A stretch of 64,000 nt of DNA from Ginglymostoma cirratum (taxonomy: Eukaryota): the NCBI GenBank assembly GCA_024137785.1, contig JAHRHZ010000038.1, forward strand, positions 8,384,219 to 8,448,218. Direction: 5' to 3'. Each line of letters starts with the position of its first letter. Position 1 is the stretch's first letter. Below the pieces are notes generated by a model, which saw nothing but the letters and a program-made list of their open reading frames with translations, ran no database searches and was not told the origin of the DNA. Made by a program: the position numbers and the translations under genes. Shown here piece after piece: positions 1-48,265 of the stretch.

Positions 1-54
1 TGTTATGCTATCAACGTTAAGCATGTTTGACAATGCGTATAAAATGTTGAAGAA

Positions 55-256
55 AAGAATGGCGGGTGCGTGGAATGCACTGCCGGCGTTGGTAGTGGAG
101 TCAAATACATTAGGAACGTTTAAGCGACTCTTGGATAGGCACATGGATGATAGTAAAATGTAGGGTATGTAGGGTAGTTCTATCTTAGAGTAGGATAATA
201 GGTCGGCACAACATCGTGGGCCGAAGGTCCTGTACTGTGCTGTACTGTTCTATGTT
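55..256 (+). mobile_element. CR1-type LINE 3' end fragment
   Basis: Sequence tggaatgcactgcc...ttggataggcacatggat...gggccgaaggtcctgtactgtgctgtactgttctatgttc is a typical CR1 3' tail. Confidence 0.75.
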
Positions 257-2189
257 CCCGTTGTCTTTGTGTGATGTGGGATTTAAGGCCGGAGATAATT
301 CACAACTGCGACTTATCACCTTCATTTTCTGTGCTTATTTTTAAAGTTCCGTTATGAATTGTTTGGTCCAGATTTCAAATAGAAACGACTTATGATAACC
401 TTGTAATTTTCACATTGCACCTTCCTGCCATGAATGATGTTCTAATACTTCCACTCTGTGGAAGGTGGAATTACAGTGACATGGGTATGTTATGTTCGCA
501 TTATGGATGTGGAGATAACCTTCTAACAGAATAAACTGAGAGTAAGTGCGCGGAGGGATATAATTTTCCATATATTATAGATTGTCCGATCCTACACTTT
601 AATTGAGATTCTTAATTTGCTGATGAGATGTAACGTGCTCTAAGTAGCAGTGCCTCTTATTTGTAAATCTTCACGGCTTCAATTTAAAAGATGTCCAGTT
701 GGCTTGTAATGTTGATTGAATGCACCCAGGTGCATGGCACATATATATGCAGAAGCTGTTGAACAGGATGCATTCCGTCCATGAAGTCAATGGGCCATAC
801 AATTGTTCTGTATTTTTTTCTTAAAGGAGAACTGTTTCCTGTTGTAAACTTGACAAATTTCAACGGGAGATTCACAAAATAAATGCCAAATGGTCCACAT
901 GCATTGTGGAAAAGTCTCCACAGGATGCTGTATTTTTCCGTCATCGAGAGTGCTATTACTTCGCCTGCCACTGGATGCTGTGGGTCAGATGATATCTCTG
1001 CAGGTGGCTTGAGTGCTGTGGTTATCCATGTGATCCTCACAGATTTTAGCAGCAGTACAATAATGTTCATTTCAAGAACTTTGTGGAAGGTTAAAATACA
1101 GTACACTGTTTCAGAACGCAAAGCTGTGCTCAGCCTGACTTTGGAAAGATATGTTAAATCGTGAGATTAGAGGCAAAAATGAGAACAATAACAAAAGATA
1201 AAACAAAGCACTGTGGATGCAGGCAATCAGAAACAAACAACAAGTTGGCCCATGTAATTTCCTGACCATTTCCGCTATATGATTCTTTCTTTGGTTATTG
1301 GATTATGTGTCAGTGCTCAGTTAGTTCCAGTTTCAGTTTCATTTTCCTCTAATTTTGTTGTTTGTGTTTTGTACTTGTTAAGTAAATGTCAGTGCTGGGG
1401 AAATTGATGCTTGTCGATATGTTGCATCTTACATTTATATCAGATATTTTGATGCGAGTCATGGACTGGATACAAGGTGAAGTTCTCTTTATTGGATGGT
1501 CTTTTACTCTGTAGCTAAGAAGTCCCAGGATTTTGAGGGGATATGTCTGGTGCATTGGGAGAAAAATGGCAAGAATTTGTTGCAGAAGCATATCCATTCA
1601 GGAGTATTTCTTCCAGTCCAGTAGCTTGACGGCTGACTTTCCAAGACCAAATTGTCCTGAGGCATGTGGAAGAAAATTGTTGACTATTTGTAGTTTCATG
1701 TTATGCCCCATCTTCATCTTGAATTCTCTGCCAAAAGGCAGGGTTGTTCTAAAGCATTGCGATCTCCATCAATGGTAGAACAACAAGCAGGTTTGAAATC
1801 CATGGCAGCCAGAAACCTCATGCTATTGGCACCAATCCAATCCCCACCAGCTGTCTAGGCAAACAAGCCAAACGTCTCCCCTTTTAAGGAGTCTTCCATC
1901 ACATGTTGACCAGGATTCTTTCCTTCTGTTATCAGCTACCATGAGTGCGTTCTGGAAGGGCTTACAAGCTGAAACTCAGTTTGGCCAAATCTCGATCTGC
2001 TAAGAGCACGTTCCTTGACCATCACCTCTTCAAGTGAGACTTGAATTGTGAGCTTCTGACACTGAGTCAGGGATGCTACCCATTGCTCCACAAGACCTCA
2101 TTACGTCCTATCCCTTCAAGGAATTAGGTTGGGATTATCACAGTTCATTCATTTGACACCATGGTGCCAAACATGAGTTGGTGAAAACA

Positions 2190-2660
2190 GATTGGTTCCG
2201 AGGAAGAGTCACCGGACTTGAAATGAAATCTTCTGCTTTCTTCCCATAGATGCTGCCAGACCTGCTGAGTTTCTCCTAAAGTTTATGTTTTTGTTTCAGA
2301 ACTTCAGCATCCGCAGCTCTTTGGTTTGTTATTATGTTACTCATAGTCCCCATTATCGCCTATCTGGCTTCTCTTCTTTCCTTGCTTACAATCAACAATC
2401 CCTTTGTCTGCCAATCTTTTTCTCTCTCCCAATCTCAGCTGCATCTCCATCTATCCACTCATCCCTTACCCCCACCAACCCTCCATCGTGAGCATAAATT
2501 CTACCTTTTCTTAGCTGTCATCAGTTCTGAAGAAGAGTCACTGGACTCTAAATATTAAATCCATTTCTGTCTCCACACATGCTGCCAGACCTGCTATGTT
2601 TTTCCCAACAATTTTGGTTGTTTCAGATCTTCAGCATCCACAGTTCTTCGTTTTATTTCA
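2190..2660 (+). mobile_element. Penelope-derived pLTR fragments in partial tandem, with two degenerate hammerhead cores
   Basis: Two direct copies of core plus gatgctgccagacctgct, cores at 2198 and 2527. Confidence 0.7.
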
Positions 2661-2949
2661 GAGAAAAAGGAGACCTCAATATCAAATAATGTTCCCTGAT
2701 CTCAATTTTTTTTGAAAGAAAGGCAGTGTCCTGACTCACTTTTATTCCCAGACTACCATATCAGCCAAACTTGTGGTTATTTTGTGCAAAGGCTTCCTTA
2801 GTCTTGGTCAGAAGCTGAAATCACTTTTGGTAGCTTGTTCTTCAATTTATAAGTGAACTCAGAAGGACAACATGGATATTTGGAGGGCACAGTATGAAAG
2901 AATACAATCTTCCCTGCTTCTTGCTGCAGACAATACAAAATTATATCAT

Positions 2950-4185
2950 AAACTGGAAAATGGCTAACAGAACACCCCTGTTTAAAAAGGGAGAGAGGCA
3001 GAAGACAGGAAAATGTAGGGCAGTTAGCCTGATCTCATTCGTTGGTAAGATTTTAGAGTCCAATATTAAGGATGAGACTGCGGAGCACTTGGAAGTGCTT
3101 GGTAAAATAGGGCTGAGTCAGCATGACTTCATCAAGGGGAGGTCGCACCTGACAAATATGTTAGAATTCTTCAAGGGGGAAACAAGCAAGTTAAACAGAT
3201 GAGAGCCAGTGGGCATGAGCATTTTGAATTTCCAGAAGGTCTTTGACAAGGTGCCACACAAGAGGCTGCTGCTGAATACAATAAGAGCCTATGGTGTTGG
3301 GGGAAGCTATTGGCATGGATAGAGGATTGGCTGACTGGCAGAAAACAAAGTAGGCATAAAGGGATCTTTTTCAGGGTGGCAACCAGTGACTAGCGGAGTG
3401 TTACAACCACAACTATTCACATTATACATTAATGATCTGAATGAAGGAACTGAGAGCATAGTTGCTACGTTTGCAGATGGCACAAAGATAGGTGGAGGAG
3501 CAGGCAGTGTTAAGGAAGAGGGGAGTTTGTAGAATGGCTTGGACAGGCTTGGAGAGTGGGCAAACAAGTGGTAGATGGAACACAATGTGGGAAAGTGTAA
3601 GGTATGTTTTCCATATGGGGCAAGGTTTTGGAAATGTGAAGCACCAAAGGATTTGGAGTCCTCGTTCAGGATTCTGTTAAGGTTAACGTCGAGGTTCACT
3701 TGGCAGTTAGGAAAGCAAATGCAATGTTAGCATTCATTTCAAGAGGGTTAGAATACAAGAGCAGAGATGTACTGCTGACACTGTATAAGGCCCTGGTCAG
3801 ACTGCATTTGGAATACTGTGAGCAGTTTTTGGGCCCTGTATCTAAGGAAGGCTGTGCTGCCCTTGGACATGGCCCAGAGGAGGTTTACAAGAATGATCCT
3901 GGGAATGAAAGGCTTGTCATGTGAGGAGCAGTTGAGATGAGGAGGAATTTTTTTCATCCAGAGGGTGGTTAATCTGTGGAATTCATTGTTGTGGACAACT
4001 GTGGAGGCTAAGTCATTGAGGGTATTTAAGACAGAGATGGACAGGGTCTTGGTCAGTAAGGAGATCAAAGCTCATGAGGAGAAGGCAGGAGAATGGGATT
4101 GAGAAACCTATCAGCCATGATCGAATGATGGAGCAGGCTCAATGGGCCAAGCGACCTAAATCTGCTCGTTAACCTTGTGGTGTAT
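2950..4185 (+). mobile_element. Decayed CR1 LINE (RT region to 3' tail)
   Basis: ORF remnants WKMANRTPLFKKG..RAVSL and KANAMLAFISRGLEYKSRDVLLTLYKALVRLHLEYC, with stops and frameshifts. Confidence 0.9.
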
Positions 4186-4875
4186 AGTCAGAGTCTTGTC
4201 TTGAATTCAAATATAACAAAGAAAGACAATGGCATTCTTTAATTTGCACCTGTTAAATAAACCTTCACATTACTTCAGACTGCCAAAAAATATTTTCAGT
4301 ACCTTTTCTCTAGTAATTATCTCTCTGCTTCATTGATGAAAAGGAATTTTCAGACTGGTCCATACCTTTATGGTTTAGGACATATTTGAAACTGCTGAAT
4401 GTACTGCTAGAATTGCTTTATGCCCCTGTATGTACAGTGTAGTCAATTAGCTGTCCGCAGCAACAATGCTATTGTACTTACACACAGAATTTCCTTACTA
4501 CATGAATGATGCACAACTTCCAGTGACCAGATTTGGTATGGACAATACATAAATGAAGCTGACTGGTACATCAGGCAGGCTCAGGACATTACCAGCCAGC
4601 ATGTGTTAACACACTGGCTGACTAATATCCATGTACAAACCCTTCTAGCAATGTACTGTATCTTAATTACATTTGAATTGCTCTTCTACCAAGGAGAATG
4701 AGGAAGTTTCCACATAAATTATATTTAGAATATGTGATTATTACCCTTCTGAATGTAGGTATCATCTGATCTCCGAGATTTCAGTGAGTTAAACACTTTA
4801 ACTGCTTAACTGCTTATAGTGTATATAAAATTCTGGAGATAATTATTTAGAAGGAGGGGGTTTTATAAAATTATG

Positions 4876-5083
4876 AACAAAATCAGAAATTGTTGGTAAA
4901 ACTCAGTAGGTCTGGCAGCATCTGGGGACTGAAAGCAGAGTTAACATTATGGGTGCAGTTCTGAACAAGTGTCACTGGATCTGAAATGATAACTCTGCTT
5001 TCTCTCACAGATGCTGCCAAACCTGTTGAGTTTTTCAAGCAATTCCTGATTTTGTTTCTGATTTCCAGCATCCACAGTTCTTT
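4876..5083. mobile_element. Foldback Penelope-derived mini-element with 16-bp target-site duplication
   Basis: Inverted arms; gttttataaaattatg at 4860-4875 and 5084-5099. Confidence 0.8.
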
Positions 5084-5728
5084 GTTTTATAAAATTATGC
5101 TTGGTCTTATTTTCTGTCACATTCGAGTTAATGCTGCAAATTTATGACAACACCGCATGTAGAACAAGCTTTAATCCATATTGCAATTAACCATTTGAAA
5201 TTTGAATATGATTACCAAGGCTGTTTTCTCCTTCACATTAAATATATTGTAAATCTGCAAAATTCGCTAACTGACTAGTAATAAATATATCATGGTAATC
5301 TGAAACAACAGGCAAGATGCACAATCAAACTCTTGGTAATAACTGTTGTATTTGCTGACAATCCTGAACCAATGGGATAGATTCGCATTTTCTAAAATTA
5401 GTTCTTGTGTGCTTTATCAGTTAATTCTACACATGCAAACAATATGTGGATAATTGAAACTTCAAATTGTGACATGTTGGCTAACGATTCAGACTCCATA
5501 ATTTGGCATGGCATGTGTGGATACTCACTTTGACCCAACAATGTTAACTTATGTGGTTTTGAGATTGGCAAAAGCAACAATGTACATTGGCCCTGATGGA
5601 ACACAATTGGCTTGGACTAAAGTTGCAAGATTTATTCTGCTCTTTCAATTCTTGCTATAATCAAAGCAGTAATAATGATGATATTAATAGCCTCTTGATG
5701 TGTTACTGCCAATAACACACATCCCCTC

Positions 5729-6057
5729 AGGGGAGGCAATGGCCTAGTCATATTATCACTGGACTGTAGAGCCAGATAATGTTCTGGGGACCTGGGTTTG
5801 AATCCTGCTTTGGCAGATGGTGAAGTTTGAATTCAATAAATAGCTGGAATTAAGAGTCTAATGTCAGGGGGAGAAACCTATCTGGTTCGCTAATGTCCTT
5901 TAGGGAAGGAAACTGCCATCCTTACCTGGTCTGGCCTACATGTGACTCTAGACCCACAGCAGTGTGGTTGACTCATAACTGCCGTCTGCGCAATTAGGGA
6001 TGGGCAATTAATGCTGCCTGGCCAGCAATGCCCTCATCCCATGAATAAATTAAAAAA
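5729..6057 (+). mobile_element. tRNA-derived SINE (related pieces at about 34815-35195, 44640-44722 and 51762-51912)
   Basis: Box A-like tggcctagt, box B-like gggtttgaatcc, shared core ccatccttacctggtctggcctacatgtgactc, and an A-rich tail. Confidence 0.75.
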
Positions 6058-6681
6058 TCATCTGGTGATTCTACCCTATCCTGTTTGGAATATTGTGTAT
6101 GTTAGTATAACTTCATGGAATTTTGCATGGCTCTTCACAATGCTTTGGTAGTTTTATTTAAAAAGAAAGGGTTCTCAGCCAAGTATCACATATCTTGAAA
6201 GCATTGATTCCAGCTGCTTTTGATTCTATGCATGTTAACCACTTTCAGTGTTTTGCCCAGTCCTCATGATTGAGCAGAAAAGTGAATACTGGTGGATCTT
6301 CCCCTTTTTTTTAAAACCAACCTTCATAGATGTTATGACACATATCTGGAGAAGGTCCAGGTCTCTTAGCCCAGAGGTAGGGGCACTACCATTGCTATGC
6401 AAGAGCTCTTCTGATAGACCTTCTATCAGAGCAGAGGTGATGTTTTGGTACTGCCTTCACCTGACTCCCATACATTGGGTTTCCAACAATCACTTCAGGG
6501 CAAGAGAGCAGTTGGAGTTCCATGTATCATTTAATTTTCAAAACAAGTAGCACTGGGAATGATTGAAACATGTCTGCGGTTGAATCCGGAATCTTCCAGT
6601 GTGTGCGCCTCATTCGTTAAACTTCCAGAAAGAGGATGCAGTTCTTCATTTAGTACATTCCCAGATGTGACCTGCATTTCA

Positions 6682-6985
6682 TCACTGCTGCCTCACAGTG
6701 CCAGGGACCCGGGTTTGATTCCACCCTCAGGTGACTGTCTGTGTTAAGTTTGCACATTCTCCCCGTGTCTGCGTGGGTTTCCTCTGGGTGCTCCGGTTTC
6801 CTCCCACAGTCCAAAAATGCGCAGGCCAGGTGGATTGGCCATGCCAGATTGTCCGCAGTGTTCAGGGATGTGTAGATTAGGTGAGTTATTAGGGGATGGG
6901 TCTGAGTGGGATGCTTTGAGGGTCGGTGTGGACTTGTTGGGCTGAAGGACCTGTTTTCACACTGTAGGGATTCTATGATTCGATG
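6682..6985 (+). mobile_element. HE1-like V-SINE (3' part also at about 35600-35800)
   Basis: V-domain ttctccccgtgtctgcgtgggtttcctctgggtgctccggtttcctcccac, box B gggtttgattcc, and a CR1-like tail. Confidence 0.85.
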
Positions 6986-6990
6986 AATAC

Positions 6991-7227
6991 TGAAATAAAC
7001 TCCTGAAAGGCCAGTATCCTGTCACCTAATCACCCTTTATTTGCACATGCATAGAATTTGACATTGGTCCAGCTAGCATAGAGCCAGCTCCGAGAGTGAG
7101 CAGAACCCCTGACACTTCCGTTTCTTTCTGTCAGCCTTGGCTCCCTGATTGGACCAGGTTAACAGCCCCAGTCAATGAACTTATGTTCTATGAAATCCAC
7201 CTGGCTGACCTTGTTCTACTCACTACA
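6991..7227 (-). mobile_element. Solo LTR (237 bp)
   Basis: TG...CA termini; aatac direct repeat at 6986-6990 and 7228-7232; CCAAT followed by AATAAA on the minus strand. Confidence 0.75.
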
Positions 7228-7789
7228 AATACAATTACAGTATCTGGATCTCAGTTCATCACTTGATAAGCTCATTGGCAAAGAAATTTGGCTCCTTTTT
7301 GGTTGTCTTTTCAGTACTATGATTGCCATTTTGCTTCCAACATGGCATATTTGTGGTGTTAGCAGTGCCAGATGCAATTTTGGCAAGGCAATAATATGAA
7401 CTCAGGGATTGTCTGCCAGAGGAATACAGAACAGGTAGCATGTAATCAGAATGTAATGCTATATTAGTGCACATCAGTACAGTTCATGTTGTCCCTTAAA
7501 CATGGACATGGCTGAGCACATGTTCAGTAGCAAGACAGATCCCCTCACCAGTGCCATTTAAAAGAATCAGGTTAGTTGCTGTTTAATTTCCACCGACCCT
7601 TGCATCAATTGTAGAAGCGTTTTGAGTTTTTTAGAACATAAGGACATAAGAAACAGGAGCAGGAATATGCCTTCTCTGAGCTCAACTTGTCCAGGAGATT
7701 CACCACCTGTTCCCTTGACAGCTTACCTATTAAAATGTTGATAATGCAATTTCCTGGTCCCCACATTAGTTGTTGCTGCGAAGGGTTCT

Positions 7790-8300
7790 CTCCAGACACT
7801 GTCCTCGTTCCCTTCAAATCTGCTGCCATCAGCCCGTCTCCAAAAAAAAACTGCTGACCTCACCACCCATTAAACTACTGTCCCATCTCCACCTTTTCTA
7901 TCCAAGGTCATCAAACATGTAGTCCGTTCCCAAATCCATATCTGTTTTTCTTGAAATGTTTGTTTGAATCCCTGCGGTTAAGTTTCTTCTCCTGCCATGT
8001 TACTCCAATACTTCTTCTCAATATCACAAGTGATATCCTGTGTGACTGGACAAAAGTAAACAAAGTCTTTTTAAGTAGTCTATAGTCTTGGATATGATTG
8101 GCCACATCAACTTTCTCTGGTGTCTTCCTCACTGTTGTCCAGTTGAATATGACTACATGCACCTGGTTATATTTTTATCCATCTCGTTGTAGCCAGGGAA
8201 TCACCTATTTTGGCTTCTTTTTCTACTCTCATACCATTACCTCTGGTATGAGTCTTGGGTCTACGTTTGGTCCTCTCCTATTTCTCATCAACCTGCTGAT
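7790..8300 (+). mobile_element. Highly decayed L2-like LINE RT fragment
   Basis: Remnants resembling FKSA-I-P-LKK, NYRPIS and GS-LGPLLF (ORF 8098: GSTFGPLLFLI). Confidence 0.55.
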
Positions 8301-9329
8301 CTTCAACACAGGGCAACTAAGTATAGATTGGACCTGAATCCTTCTGGTCTACATGCCTCAGTAAATGGATGCAGTGCAATTGCAGTATTTTGGGAGGGTG
8401 GAGTAGAGTTATTTACATTCTTAGCTTTCTTATTGAGGAGGTGGGATGGTTCCATATTATCAGAAGGGAAAGAATGATGAAGTCTAATTGTGAATTAATA
8501 GGGCTGCATGTGATGGTACAGGAGCATTATTAGAATCTGGTCATGATTTTCTACAAAATAAGTAATTTAGTCTCCCAAAACCAAGGATCAAATGTATTGG
8601 ACCAGCTCCATTTGCTACTGAAAAACTGGCTATTGAGAACAGCAGCCATGTGCAGACTGCTGGATACTCTGTAGCGGAGCTGTGTAACTGCTTGTAACTA
8701 GCAAATTCTGTATCTCGCCTTTTGTCTGGATTCAAATTCCACACACTCCGATGAAAATGAAAGCTCTAATTCATTGATGCTGACATTCTATCAAAGGGCT
8801 ACATTGTTTCACTTAACATAACAAAGATTATCTTTTGTTAATCCTATTTTGTGGAGTTTACAGAGGCATAAATTTTGCTACAGTAGCAGCCTCCTTCAGT
8901 TTTGCTTATTAGTTACAATAGTTCTTTTTTATAGAGATTATCCTGATTTTTATTATTCCTCTCAAAACAGAATCACATAATGGTTTCTCCAATTCAGGAA
9001 CTTTAGTCTGTGGCGAAGTCCAGGTATGAGCTTAGACAGATAGTCACTGGGCTATTTCAGTTGCTGAGGCCATAGATTTTGTTTCTCAGCAAGGGTGACT
9101 GGACAGCAACTACAGGGTAAAATTGTAATATTTTCACCCTGAAGTTTTCAGAGATGCTGAAGCATCAGTTTTGTCACAAGTTCAAAACAAAATAATGTGG
9201 CATGCTTTTGTATTTGTGAGATTTTTGATATTCCTTTTCCAATTGACTGCTAATATTTCGTTCACACACATGAAACATGAATTAAGGTTACTTTAAAACT
9301 GGAACTGTAGAACAGAATAGAATATCCCT

Positions 9330-9594
9330 TATTATCACATATATTGCATTGTAGAGGTACAGTGAAAAGCTTTCACAATATCTGCCTCTTATGGCGCCAT
9401 CTTAAGTACAAGTACCTAGGTACAATTCGTGGATACAAAAGAAGAATAAAAAGAAATAAAACATCGTTAAAGATTTGACATTATAGACAGATGACAAAAA
9501 CATTTCAAATAAACATTACATTGCAGCAGCTCAGCGCAGGACCTCCACACATGGTCTGATCGCCTGTGCCAGATCCCAGTCCAACAGCCATTCG
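9330..9594 (-). mobile_element. Retroelement 3'-tail repeat (related copies at about 19940-20230 on - and 46505-46575 on +)
   Basis: Shares tacagtgaaaag...gccatctta.gtacaag with the 19990 region. The reverse complement matches cttttcactg...gtgacaataaa at 46515. Confidence 0.55.
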
Positions 9595-9602
9595 CCGTTC
9601 CA

Positions 9603-12115
9603 GAGATAGTAGGAACTGCAGATGCTGGAGAATCTGAGATATACAAGGTGTAGACCTGGATGAACAGAGCAGGCCAAGCAGCATCATAGGAGCAGGAAGG
9701 CTGACGTTTCGGGCCTAGACCTGTCTTCAGAAATGGGGGAGGGGAAGGGGCTTCTGAAATAAATAGGGAGAGAGGGGGAGGTGGATAAAAGATGGATAGA
9801 GGAAAAGACAGGTGGAGAGGAGACAGACAGGTCAAAGAGGCAGGGATGGAGCCAGTAAAGGTGAGTGTAGGTGGTGAGGTAGGGAGGAGATAGGTCAGTC
9901 CAGGGAGGACGGACAGGTCAAGGGGGCGGGATGAGGTTAGTAGGTAGGAGATGGGGGTGGGGCTTGAGGTGGGAGGAGGGGATAGGTGGGAGGAAGGATA
10001 GGTTAGGGAGGCAGAGATGAGCTGGGCTAGTTTTGGGATGTGGTAGGGGAGGGGAGATTTTGAAGCTTGTGAAGTCCACATTGATACCATTGGGCTGCAG
10101 GGTTCCCAAGCAGGATATGAGTTGCTGTTCCTGAAACCTTCGGGTAGCATTGTTGTGGCACTGCAGGAGGCCCAGGATGGACATGTCGTCTGAGGAATGG
10201 GAGGGAGAGTCGAAATGGTTTGCGACTGGGAGGTGCAGTTGTTTAGTGCGAACCGAGCATAGGTGTTCTGCAAAGCAGTCCCCAAGCCTCCGCTTGGTTT
10301 CCCTTATATAGAGGAGGCCACAACGGGATGCAGTATACCACATTAGCAGATGTGCAAGTGAACATCTGCTTGATGTGGCAAGTCTTCTTGGGGCCTGGGA
10401 TGGGGGTGAGGGGGGAGGTGTAGGGGCAGGTGTAGTACTTCCTGCGGTTGCATGTTAAAGTGCCGGGTGTGGTGGGGCTGGAGGGGAGTGTGGAGCAGAC
10501 AAGGGAGTCACGGAGAGAGTGGTCTCTCCAGAAGGCAGATAAGGGTGGGGAGGGAAAAATGGCTTCGGTGGTGGGGTCAGATTGCAGATGGCGGAAGTGT
10601 CGGAGGATGGTGCGTTGGATCCGGAGGTTGGTGGGGTGGGACGTGAGGACGAGGGGGATTCTGTTTTGGTTGTTATTGCGGGGAGGGGGTGTGAGGAATG
10701 AGTTGCGGGAAATGCGGGAGACACGGTCGAGGGCGTTCTCAACCACTGAGGGGGGGAAGTTGCAGTCCTTGTAAAACGAGGACATCTGAGGTGTATGGGA
10801 GTGGAATGCCTCATCCTGGGAGCAGATGAGGCGGAGGCGAAGGAATTGGGAATAGGGGATGGCATTTTTGCAGGACGGTGGGTGGGAGGAGGTGTATTCT
10901 AGGTAGCTGTGGGAGTCGGTGGGCTTGAATTGGATTTTGGTTTCTAGATGGTTGCCGGAGATGGAGTCAGAGAGGTCCAGGAAGGAGAGAGAGGTATTAG
11001 AGATGGTCCAGGTGCACTTCAGGCTGGGGTGGAAGGTGTTGGTGAAGTGGATGAACTGTTCGAGCTCCTCGTGAGAGCATGAGGTGGCGCCAATACAGTC
11101 ATCAATGTAACGGAGGAAGAGGTGGGGTTTAGGGCCAGTGTAGGTATGGAAGAGGGATTGTTCCACGTAACCTACAAAGAGGCAGGCATAACTTGGGCCC
11201 GTGCGGGTACCCATGGCCACCCCCTTTGTAGGAAGTGGGAGGAATTGAAAGAGAAGTTGTTGAGGGTGAGGACGAGTTTGGCTAAGCAGACGAGGGTGTC
11301 AGTGGAGGGGGACTGGTCGGGCCTGCAGGACAGGAAGGAGCGGAGGGCCTTTAGGTCATCTGTATGGGGAATGCAGGTGTATAGGGACTGGATGTCCATG
11401 GTGAAGATTTGGTGTTGGGGACCGGGGAATTGGAAGTTCAGGAGGAGGTAGAGGGCGTGGGTGGTATCACGGACGTAGGTAGGGAGTTCCTGGACTAAGG
11501 GGGAGAAGATGGAGTCGAGATAGGTAGAGATAAGTTCGGTGGGGCAGGAGCAGGCGGAGACAATGGGTCAACCAGGGCAGTCAGGTTTGTGGATTTTGGG
11601 AAGTAGATAGAAGCGGGCGGTGCGGGGTTGGGGAACAATGAGATTGGAGGCTGTGAGTGGGAGGTCACCTGAGGTGATGAAGTTGTGGATGGTTCGGGAG
11701 ATGATGGTTTGGTGGTCGGGGGTGGTGTCATGATCAAGGGGTGGTAGGAGGAGGTATCAGAGAGTTGGCGCCTGGCCTCGGCGATGTCAAGGTCAGTGCG
11801 CCATACTACAACTGCGCCTCCCTTGTTCGCTGGTTTTATAGTGAGGTTGGGATTGGAACGGAGGGCGCGGAAGGCTGCACGTTCTGCGGGGGAGAGGTTG
11901 AAGTGGGTGATAGGGGTGGAGGGGTTGAGACGATCGATATCTCGACGGCAGTTGGAGATGAAGAGGTCAAGGGAGGGTAGGAGGCCTTGGGGTGGTATCC
12001 AGGAGGAGGGGGTGTGTTGGAGGCGGGAGAAGGGGTCAGTAGAGGGAGGGTTAGGCTCACGGTTGAAGAAGTAAGCGTAGAGGTGGAGGCGGCGGAAAAA
12101 CTGCTCGATGTCCAC
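9603..12115 (-). mobile_element. 5'-truncated Penelope-like retroelement (RT plus GIY-YIG endonuclease, probably Neptune-type), frameshifted
   Basis: Minus-strand ORF pieces IKPANKGGAVVVW, MDIQSLYTCIP, MGTRTGPSYA, LRYIDD, Cys-rich linker CNRRKYYTC and GIY-YIG CGLLYIRETKRRL..EH..PVANHF. A hammerhead motif lies at 9701-9734; ccgttcca direct repeat at 9595-9602 and 12116-12123. Confidence 0.92.
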
Positions 12116-12544
12116 CCGTTCCACCCTGCTTTATGGCGATTCCTCATCCACTGACACTCAGTGATTTATTTAGTAACTCATCACTTGGTTCTATAGAAGT
12201 TTTTGCGCTGCAGATTGCTGAGAATTGTTACAACTTAATTCTGAGTTGACTCAGCCTCAGATGGTCCTGGGTAAGGAGACATTTGTTTTGGGGAAGGATG
12301 AGAATCAGGAAGTCAGAATAAGACTGATTTCTGAATAACTGTTGGCCACAGAGGATTGAGAACAAGTAGCTTGCTGTCAATCTTAGGTGAGCATGATTAT
12401 TCTATAGGACAGTTGGTCATGAGACTTGGAAATAAAAAAAGGGATTGAACAACTTTTATGTTTTTGTGGTAATATGCCAGAAAATATGATTGGGGTTCCC
12501 TCGAGACCATCAATGATGATATTTGAATATTTTGTTTGTTGCAG

Positions 12545-48265
<35,721 letters not shown>

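Noticed and set aside
481-547. ATG...gtaagt as a possible first coding exon
   Set aside because: The frame that would join the 12545 exon has a TAA at 524-526.
684-1164. Overlapping ORFs of 145 aa (-) and 93 aa (+)
   Set aside because: No recognisable domain and no splice context linking them to GlyT1; the length is compatible with chance.
5729-6780. Box A/B motifs as tRNA genes
   Set aside because: They are SINE heads followed by SINE bodies, and no cloverleaf was found.
10448-12074. Several + strand and alternate-frame ORFs
   Set aside because: Shadow ORFs of the GC-rich Penelope-like element.
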